Shown here: positions 57,071 through 64,000 of the stretch, piece by piece
How positions within the stretch are numbered: position 1 is the first letter of the stretch
Layout of the letters: the number at the start of each line of letters is the position of its first letter
From: Nannocystales bacterium
GTDB lineage: Bacteria; Myxococcota_A; Polyangia; Nannocystales; Nannocystaceae
Length of the DNA: 64,000 bases
Direction: 5' to 3'
Assembly (NCBI GenBank): GCA_050633305.1
Contig: JBOEGF010000007.1
Location: 286,428-350,427, forward strand
The notes under the pieces: model-generated
Database searches by the model: none
Told to the model about the DNA's origin: nothing
What the model saw: only the letters and a program-made list of their open reading frames with translations
Made by a program: the position numbers and the translations under genes

Positions 57071-58794
57071 TTCGATGCCTCCTCGCTCGCTCCGCTCTTC
57101 TTGGCTTGGCGCTCCTTCTTCCACCGCGCCGCGTTCTTCCCGAGGGTGAACTGTCGGACGAGGTTGAAGCCCAAGTAGAAGTTGAACTCGTTGAAGGGGT
57201 TGCCCTCTTTGACCCCGTCGTCGGTCGTGAAGGGGTTGCCCGACTGCCCGCCCGGTGCGGCGAGGTTGGGGTGGATCTCCCGGTTGTTGGTGAAGAACAG
57301 CTGGAAGAAGTGTTTTCCGGTGTAGTAGCCGGCACCCAGGCCCCACGACCCGATCTTCGTGCCGTCGACATCGGCGTCGCCACCTCGGTAGTAGAAGAGG
57401 CTGGGATTGGCCACGTCAGGCACGGGCAGGAAATACTCCGCGTCGACGGACCATCTCTTGCGCTTGCCCAGCCACACTTGGGAGGCGAGGCCCGCAACGA
57501 GCGTGCCCCGGGTGTCCTCGACCGGTACGGCGCCCTCACCATCATCGAAGTCGATGAGGACGCGTGAGTTCTTGTTGGTTCCGGTGTGATAGCTGAGCAC
57601 GAACTGGGTAGACCAGCGCTCGAACCAGAGCCGGCTGAGCAGCAACATGAAGTTGCCGGAGATCGCGTTCTCGACGTCGAAGTCGCGAAGCAGGTCCATC
57701 GACACGTAGCCACCGAGCGAGACCGGCATGTCGTCTTCTTGCCGGAGACCGATGTACTTGGCGCTGAGCTCCCACGCCTTGCGCGAGTTGGTCCGGGACA
57801 AGCCGACGTCCAGGCCGTCGACGATGCCGTAGCCGATGCCCATGTTCATGACGACGCCCGCATCCATGCCGAACGCTCCACGCTCGGTGCCAATGCGGCC
57901 GAAGCGGTGGTCGATCCGGTACTGGAAGGTCTTCTTGCCCAACGACGTCGTGGTGGGGAGCACGATGTGCTTGTCCCCGTGGAAGGGCTTGTACTTCTTC
58001 TTGGGTGCAGCGATCGGAGCGTCGGTGCCTTCTGCTGGAGGCGTGCCCGCATCGGCGCTTGGCATGTCCGAGATCCAGTCGCTGAGGACCTTGAGCGCTT
58101 CAGGCGGGAGCGGATCGTCGCCCAGCGGCATGAGGTCGTCCTTCATCGCGTGTGTCCCGAGGACCTTGTCCATCAGGTAGCTGCCCTCCGGGTCACCCGG
58201 CGCGATGAGGAGCTTGTCGGACTCGTTGGCCTTGATGCCGATCAGGATCGACAGGTCACCCTCGAGGGGGAACTCGCTGGGGTCGCTGAGGTCTCCGCCT
58301 TCGGCGTGGCAACCCGTACAGTACTCGTCAAAGACGGCGGCGGCCTTGGCCTCGAGGGCAGGGTCGCTCTTTGCGGGAACGGCCGCAGGTGGAGGTGCCG
58401 CTCTCGACGCTTCCACATCCTCGGCCGGGATGCTTGCGATCCAGTCGCGCAGAACCTTGAGATTCGCGGCAGACAGAGGGTCGTCGCCCAGCGGCATCAG
58501 ATCCTCCTTCATCGCGGGCGTACTGAGGACCTTGTCCATCAAGTAGCTGCCCTCAGGGTCCCCAGGGGCGATGAGGAGCTTGTCGGATTCGTTGGCCTTG
58601 AGTCCGACGAGCATCCCGAGGTCACCCTCGAGGGGGAACTCGCTGGGGTCGCTGAGATCTCCGCCCTCCGCGTGACAGGCGGTGCAGTACTCGTCGAAGA
58701 TTTCGGCCGCCTTGGCCTGCAGAGCCGGGTCCCCGACGGGAGCGCTGGCCAGGGCGAGCGTGAACAAAACAGAAACCATGAGTAGCGCGAGCAT
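57067..58794 (-). CDS. Di-heme c-type cytochrome fused to DUF5777-like outer-membrane beta-barrel
   Basis: Signal peptide; two domains CTACH and CTGCH, each with PGDPEGSYL...LMP...DWI; barrel with IDHRFG, TGKHFFQLFFTN, YLGFNLVRQF. Confidence 0.8.
   Translation of the reverse strand: MLALLMVSVLFTLALASAPVGDPALQAKAAEIFDEYCTACHAEGGDLSDPSEFPLEGDLGMLVGLKANESDKLLIAPGDPEGSYLMDKVLSTPAMKEDLMPLGDDPLSAANLKVLRDWIASIPAEDVEASRAAPPPAAVPAKSDPALEAKAAAVFDEYCTGCHAEGGDLSDPSEFPLEGDLSILIGIKANESDKLLIAPGDPEGSYLMDKVLGTHAMKDDLMPLGDDPLPPEALKVLSDWISDMPSADAGTPPAEGTDAPIAAPKKKYKPFHGDKHIVLPTTTSLGKKTFQYRIDHRFGRIGTERGAFGMDAGVVMNMGIGYGIVDGLDVGLSRTNSRKAWELSAKYIGLRQEDDMPVSLGGYVSMDLLRDFDVENAISGNFMLLLSRLWFERWSTQFVLSYHTGTNKNSRVLIDFDDGEGAVPVEDTRGTLVAGLASQVWLGKRKRWSVDAEYFLPVPDVANPSLFYYRGGDADVDGTKIGSWGLGAGYYTGKHFFQLFFTNNREIHPNLAAPGGQSGNPFTTDDGVKEGNPFNEFNFYLGFNLVRQFTLGKNAARWKKERQAKKSGASEEASK
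58060..58731 (-). repeat. Internal tandem duplication of a 102-aa cytochrome domain (58426-58731 and 58060-58365)
   Basis: Manual alignment gives 83 of 102 residues identical. Confidence 0.9.
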
Positions 58795-58901
58795 ACGAAA
58801 CGCGACCCCAATCGGGGGAATTCGGAGCGTTTCACGCAGGGAACCGCCTCGCGGGCCTGGACATCGCGCGGGTGGGGCGATCACCTGCTAGCATCCCTGC
58901 C

Positions 58902-59735
58902 ATGCTCGAACGCAGTGCGCGCCGCGCCTCGTTGGTGGTCATGTCTCTCGCTTCGACGCTCGTGTTCACCGCGTGCGGGGGCGACGAGGCGAAGCCGAAA
59001 GCGACAGGGGCCTCCAAGGCCTCGGAGCCCAAGGCGCCGGATGCCGAGGCCAAGGAACCGACCAAAGCCGACCCGAAGACCGACGCCAAAGAGGAGCCTG
59101 CCGTGAAGCCCGCAGGCGAAGAAGGAAAGTCCGATGACGCGGGGGCCGAGGGGGCAGCGCCTCCGGCTGAGGTCGGGGACGAAGCCGGTGCTGAGGCGGC
59201 GGATGCCGAGAGCGGTCCCGATGACGCGGAGGCTGGCGGGGAGCCGGCGGCGGAGGGAGGCGCTGCACCAACCGCAGAAGGCGGAGATGCGCCCGCGGCC
59301 GAGGGCGGCGACGAGGTCGAGGCTGCGGACGCCGCGAAAGCGGGGGGCAAAGACTCGGCCGCTCTGATCAAAGAGGCTCGGACCACCAAGACCACCGACG
59401 AGCGAGCGGTCGAGGCGTTGGCCGAAGCCGAGACGGCAGGCGCGACGATCAAGGAACTCGCCCGAGCCGCAAAGGCACGCGGCGACTACCTCTACAAGTC
59501 CCCCGACCGAGCCAAGGTCTTCTACGAATGGTCCGCAGAGAAGGACGAAAACTACGCTGACCCGGTGTTCGCCCTGGCCAAGCAGAAGGCCGTGACCGGC
59601 GACGTGGATGACGTCGTCAAGCTGCTCAAGCAGGTCTCAGAGCGCAAGGGCGGCAAAAAACTGCTCGAGCAGATCGACTTCGATCCGACCTGGGACATCG
59701 TCAAAGACGATCCTGACGTCCGAGCACTGTTGTAA
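58902..59735 (+). CDS. Lipoprotein with acidic low-complexity linker and TPR-like C-terminal domain
   Basis: Lipobox FTAC; Ala/Glu/Gly/Pro-rich linker; helical C-terminus ending DPTWDIVKDDPDVRALL. Confidence 0.7.
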   Translation: MLERSARRASLVVMSLASTLVFTACGGDEAKPKATGASKASEPKAPDAEAKEPTKADPKTDAKEEPAVKPAGEEGKSDDAGAEGAAPPAEVGDEAGAEAADAESGPDDAEAGGEPAAEGGAAPTAEGGDAPAAEGGDEVEAADAAKAGGKDSAALIKEARTTKTTDERAVEALAEAETAGATIKELARAAKARGDYLYKSPDRAKVFYEWSAEKDENYADPVFALAKQKAVTGDVDDVVKLLKQVSERKGGKKLLEQIDFDPTWDIVKDDPDVRALL

Positions 59736-59737
59736 CC

Positions 59738-60247
59738 ATGGCTGCCCCACGCATCGGTGTGTTGTTCGTCTGTCACGCGAACATGTGTCGCTCCCCGCTG
59801 GCACACGGTCTGTTTGTGCAGCGTGCTCATGAGCGCGGCGTGCTGGATCAACTCGACATCGACAGCGCTGGCACATGGGCGGCCGAAGGCATCGCGCCGC
59901 ACGCGGGGAGTGTCCACATCGCTGCCCAACATGGGCTGTCGCTCGAGTCGGCCGGGGTGTCCCGGGGCCTGCGTCCCGACGACCTCCAACGCTTCGCGCA
60001 GATCATCGTGATGGACCGTGCGAACCTGGCGGATGTCGAACGGTTCCGGCGCCTCTCGGCCTTCGGTACCGCCTCCCAAGGGCAGGCGAGCGTTCGGCTG
60101 CTGCGGACCATCGACAACCCGAGTGCACGCGGCGGCGATCTCGATGTGCCCGATCCAGTCCGCGGTGGCGAGGCCGAGTTCCGCAACGTGTATGCCCTGG
60201 TCAACCGCGGCTGCGAGGTTTTGCTGGACCAGCTTCTGCCACGCTGA
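59738..60247 (+). CDS. Low molecular weight protein-tyrosine phosphatase family protein
   Basis: VLFVCHANMCRSPLA, IDSAGT, IIVMD, DVPDP. Confidence 0.9.
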   Translation: MAAPRIGVLFVCHANMCRSPLAHGLFVQRAHERGVLDQLDIDSAGTWAAEGIAPHAGSVHIAAQHGLSLESAGVSRGLRPDDLQRFAQIIVMDRANLADVERFRRLSAFGTASQGQASVRLLRTIDNPSARGGDLDVPDPVRGGEAEFRNVYALVNRGCEVLLDQLLPR

Positions 60248-60341
60248 TCGGCCGTAACTCCCCGAAATCGGGAGGTCTCTCGGCCCGGGAGGCCACCGCG
60301 CGTCCCGCGGACCCGTTGGCGCCTATACTCCGGCCGCGCCG

Positions 60342-61166
60342 ATGCAGCGGTTCCTACGCTACCTAGCACCGAACCTGGTCACCTCGACCGGGCTGATCTT
60401 CGGCCTCCTATCGCTGGTCGCAACGTCGGAGGCGCGTTTCGTGGACGCCAGCTGGCTGATCATCTGGGCGGTCATGCTCGATCGGATGGACGGTCTTGTC
60501 GCCAGAACGCTGCGCGCGACCAGCCCGTTCGGCGTCCAGATGGACTCATTCGCGGACGCGATCAACTTCGGGATCTGCCCGTCATTTCTGGTCTACACGA
60601 TGCTGTCGAGCGTACCCGCCCTTGGGTTCGGCGGAGGCACGGGCCGGGTTCTGCTGATGAGCGCCTGCGCGTTGTGGGTGCTCGCGACGGTGTTCCGGCT
60701 CGCGAAGTTCAACGTCGTCGCCGAGGGGGATGACGCTCCGGACGTGTTTCTGGGCGTTCCCACCACGCTGGCGGCGGGCCTGCTTGTCATCTGGATGCTG
60801 GTCCTGCTCAAGTACACGCCCGCAGACGCCGCGTTGGGAGCCCCGTCCGAGTTCACAGGCCCGCGGATGTTCGGAGGACTCGAGTTCTCGTTCCGCGCGT
60901 GGAGCTACCTGCCCGCTGCGATGTTGCTGGGCGCATTCTTGATGGCGTCCAACTTGCCGCAGCCCAAGCTTGGCCCGGTGAAGAACAAGGCGCTGGCCGT
61001 GTTCTTGGTGCTGGCTTCGGCCTCGGGCTTCTTGTTCGCGTTCCTCTGCTTCATGCCGGACTACATGGCGCTGCTGCCCTCCACATGGTTTGCGACCGCG
61101 ATGGTGTGGAGCGTGGTGTCGCCCCGGGCACGAGAGATCCCGCCGCCGTCCTTCCTGCCCGAGTAG
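60342..61166 (+). CDS. CDP-alcohol phosphatidyltransferase (PssA-like)
   Basis: PNLVT, DRMDGLVAR...SPFGVQMDSFADAINFG, RLAKFN, FLGVPT. Confidence 0.88.
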   Translation: MQRFLRYLAPNLVTSTGLIFGLLSLVATSEARFVDASWLIIWAVMLDRMDGLVARTLRATSPFGVQMDSFADAINFGICPSFLVYTMLSSVPALGFGGGTGRVLLMSACALWVLATVFRLAKFNVVAEGDDAPDVFLGVPTTLAAGLLVIWMLVLLKYTPADAALGAPSEFTGPRMFGGLEFSFRAWSYLPAAMLLGAFLMASNLPQPKLGPVKNKALAVFLVLASASGFLFAFLCFMPDYMALLPSTWFATAMVWSVVSPRAREIPPPSFLPE

Positions 61167-61171
61167 GCCGC

Positions 61172-62980
61172 TCAGTCGAGTGCGAGCCAGCCGCGTACGA
61201 CGGGGTTGGGCTCCTTAGGCAGCTCGAGGCTGACCGTGCGGTGTGGGTTGTCCTCGAGTTCGACGTCGAGGTCCAACAGCCGCGAGCCGCGAAACGCGGT
61301 GAGGGTGGCGCGTTGGCCCGCACCGACCCGACCTAGGGCCGTCCGCAGAGCAGCTTCGGTCTTCACCCGGCGGCCTTGCACCGCGATGATCTCATCGCCT
61401 CGCATGATGGTACCGGTATCTGCGGGGCTGCCCGGAATCACGTTGCGAACACTCGTGCCCTTGAGTTCGAGTCCGGCCCACGCCCGCTTGCTCGCGGCTT
61501 GCGGGACGTCACTCCCATCGGCGCGCGACCACACCGGCCGCGACGTCACCACGACGCCGGCCTGCTCGAGCAGCGCAGCAAGAGGGACGGGCTCGACACC
61601 GTCGACGTGCCGAGCGAAGAAATCCGCAAGGTCGACGCCGGCCTCGTCGGAGGCGGCCTGCTCGATGTCGGCGGCTGTGATGCCCTTGCCCTTCGATCCG
61701 AAGCGGGTCATCAGCCGTCGGAATACACCCGGTAGCGAGCCCTTGCCTTCGCTCGCCAGACGGATCTTCAGGTCGAGTGCGACACCCACCATGTCGCCCT
61801 TCTCGTAGTAGCTGATCGTTTCGTTGCGATGGTTGTTCTCCGGCTGGTACGCGTGCGTCCATGCCCGAAAGCTGACCTCGGACAGCGGCATCGCGTTGCG
61901 CCCTGGCTTGCGCTCGAATGCGGTGAGCGTTGTCGCGACGTGGTCGAGGTATTCCTTCGCGCTCCATAAGCCGCTGCGTCGCATCGCAAGGCTCTCCATC
62001 GTCTCGGTGAACCCCTCGTGAAACCACAACAGTCGAGAGTAGTTCTCGCGTTGGTAGTCGAAGGGGCCCAGCGTCGCATCGTGGATTCGCTTGACGTTCC
62101 ACAGGTGAAAGAACTCATGAGCCGTCAGTCGGGCAGCGCGATCGTAGCCGTCGTCCTTGTCGAAGGCGCTGCGGCTCATCATCATCATGGTGCTCTGCGC
62201 GTGTTCGAGACCGCCGCCACCCACGTCGCCCACGTTCATCAAGAACACGTAGCGCTGCATGGGGAAGCCACCCATCATCTCCGCAAACGCGCCGCTGATC
62301 GCCTTGGATTCTCTGACGAGACGGGCTTGGTCCAGCTTGAGGTCGTCGGGGCTGGTGAGGACATACTCGAACGCGGTGCCGTACAGTTGGAACCGGTCGA
62401 CCGCAGGTGTTCCCACCTCGATGGGACTGTCGACGAGGATGTCGTAGTCGTCGGCGATCAGGCCCCCATCGCGCGTCGGGAGGGCGGTGTGAACCGACCA
62501 ACCCTCGGGCGTGGAGAGCTCGACCCGGTGAGGACGGCGAAGCTTGCCCGGCTCGAACACGAAGACACTCGCCCCGTTGATCGATGCGTGGGTGTCGTCG
62601 AGCATGCTGGTCCGGACGCTCGGTGTCGCGGTGTACACGCGGTACCGAGCCACGAAGGGACGCCCTCCGTTGTGGACCTCCCAGGTTTGCTTGTCGAGGG
62701 GCTCGACCTCCAAGGCCTTGCCGTCCAGGGACTCGGCGGAGAAGCCGAACACATGCTTGCCAAAGTCGCGGATGCGGTAGGAGCCCGGCGTCCAAGCGGG
62801 CAAGGCCAGTTTCGTTCGCGCGGACCGGCTTGGGATGCGCGCCGTCACGTGCATGTACTGTGATGCCGGTTCGCTCAAGTCGACGCGGTAGTGCACCGGG
62901 GCGGCCGGCTTCGCGGACGCGGGGCGTGCCGTGGCACAGGCACAAAGCACCATCGGTGCGAGCCAGAGGGGCTGTCGCAT
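61172..62980 (-). CDS. M61 family (glycyl aminopeptidase-like) metallopeptidase with PDZ domain
   Basis: PAWTPGSY, LVDSPIE, GGGLEH, AHEFFHLWNVKR, LWFHEGFT, ISYYEKG; PDZ GSPAD...GDEIIAV. Start at ATG 62980. Confidence 0.92.
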   Translation of the reverse strand: MRQPLWLAPMVLCACATARPASAKPAAPVHYRVDLSEPASQYMHVTARIPSRSARTKLALPAWTPGSYRIRDFGKHVFGFSAESLDGKALEVEPLDKQTWEVHNGGRPFVARYRVYTATPSVRTSMLDDTHASINGASVFVFEPGKLRRPHRVELSTPEGWSVHTALPTRDGGLIADDYDILVDSPIEVGTPAVDRFQLYGTAFEYVLTSPDDLKLDQARLVRESKAISGAFAEMMGGFPMQRYVFLMNVGDVGGGGLEHAQSTMMMMSRSAFDKDDGYDRAARLTAHEFFHLWNVKRIHDATLGPFDYQRENYSRLLWFHEGFTETMESLAMRRSGLWSAKEYLDHVATTLTAFERKPGRNAMPLSEVSFRAWTHAYQPENNHRNETISYYEKGDMVGVALDLKIRLASEGKGSLPGVFRRLMTRFGSKGKGITAADIEQAASDEAGVDLADFFARHVDGVEPVPLAALLEQAGVVVTSRPVWSRADGSDVPQAASKRAWAGLELKGTSVRNVIPGSPADTGTIMRGDEIIAVQGRRVKTEAALRTALGRVGAGQRATLTAFRGSRLLDLDVELEDNPHRTVSLELPKEPNPVVRGWLALD

Positions 62981-63081
62981 GGCCGGCAGTCTACAGGCCC
63001 AACCACGCAAAAGCGGGTCCTCCAAACCTCGGGTTGAGATGGAGAGACCCGCTCGGGTCGCCGAGGCGAGAGTGGGGAAAC

Positions 63082-63810
63082 TCAGGCGCTGCGCATCGCT
63101 CGCATCGTCCGCAGCATGGGACGAGCGAAGAAGGCCGGGACGATGAGGAGTCCCGTTGCGAGCAGGTTGACCACGGTGCCGCTGACCATCGGATAGCCGA
63201 ACGGCGAGAGGATCAGGTACCCGGCGGAAGGATCGCCCAAGAAAAACTCGCAGGCCGCGACGGCACCGGCGGCTCCTAGCGCGAGGACACCCCAGGTGCG
63301 GCCGCGAAGGAGGCCAACGAGGCCTGCGCCACCGAGACCCAGCGCGACCCAGTGCATGAACTCGGGGCTGGGGCCCAGCGTGTAGAGGATCAGAATGGGG
63401 ATCGTGCTGCCCGCTGACTTGACCGCGCGGCGCATGAGGGTCAGCGACTCTTCCTGGAGGTTCCAGCGCTCGGCCGCTTCCTCCGAGTACTCGTAGCGAG
63501 CGGCCATGCCCTCGCCGGACAGGAACACCGAGACCGCCAGGTGCGTGAATCCGAAGAAGGCGATGATCGGCTCCATCCCGACCTGGAACAGGACCAGAAT
63601 GAGGAGCGAGCCGAAGTTTCCGACGCCGATCGCGAACCACCGGGCCCAGAACCACTCGGCTGCCACACCGACGAATGCCAGCGTGTAACAAAGGGCGAGG
63701 CCGAGATAGGCCGCGTAGAGTTCGTCGGGGCCCAGAAACGCCGTCATGGCGAACTGGGTCACGTAGAACCCGAGCAGAAGAAGTGCGAACGCGCGTCGAA
63801 TTCCAACCAT
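63082..63810 (-). CDS. Hypothetical polytopic membrane protein
   Basis: About 7-8 hydrophobic segments; codon bias consistent with coding. Confidence 0.7.
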   Translation of the reverse strand: MVGIRRAFALLLLGFYVTQFAMTAFLGPDELYAAYLGLALCYTLAFVGVAAEWFWARWFAIGVGNFGSLLILVLFQVGMEPIIAFFGFTHLAVSVFLSGEGMAARYEYSEEAAERWNLQEESLTLMRRAVKSAGSTIPILILYTLGPSPEFMHWVALGLGGAGLVGLLRGRTWGVLALGAAGAVAACEFFLGDPSAGYLILSPFGYPMVSGTVVNLLATGLLIVPAFFARPMLRTMRAMRSA

Positions 63811-64000
63811 GCCGATTCTCGGGGGCTAGCGTACGACGCGGTCTCCAGCCGCGCAACGCGGGGTGCGGGGGCGCTGGGGTGTTAGCGCGGAGCCGCCGGA
63901 GCGTTGGGGGGGTAGACTCGCGCTGGAGGCCTGAACCTTGGAAAGGTGCAGGGACTGCCGGCCCGTACGAGGACGCATGAATCGTTGGCGAACTGCACTA

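Noticed and set aside
62981..63856. Long N-terminal extensions of the ORF calls for the M61 peptidase, proA, ppiD, the wHTH protein and the 37040 lipoprotein
   Set aside because: Most overlap neighbouring real genes and all lack coding character; downstream starts give sensible proteins.

Overview
This is a high-GC chromosomal region with about 44 protein-coding genes. A MYXO-CTERM sorting signal, Oar-like TonB-dependent receptors, a giant TPR protein and Cys-rich lipoproteins suggest a myxobacterium (Myxococcota, possibly Nannocystaceae-like); this is inference. Housekeeping content includes ppiD, mreBCD-mrdA-rodA, proBA, aroC, aroE, xseA, ftsZ/ftsQ/ftsA, murC, bolA, mutY and topA. I found no rRNA, tRNA, CRISPR array or mobile element. 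Highlights: (1) a 69-aa bacterial histone-fold protein with a Lys-rich N-terminal tail, lying antisense inside a rearranged ftsZ / ftsQ-ftsA division locus; (2) a two-gene unit encoding a di-heme cytochrome c fused to a DUF5777-like outer-membrane beta-barrel, plus a lipoprotein with atypical CX6CH and CXCH heme motifs (a candidate porin-cytochrome conduit); (3) a topoisomerase I with an N-terminal histone-H1-like repeat; (4) a surface-anchored metzincin-like protein whose zinc ligands appear lost; (5) tandem Cys-rich TonB-dependent receptor paralogues. All family assignments come from motif recognition by eye, not from database searches, and several start codons are my own estimates.
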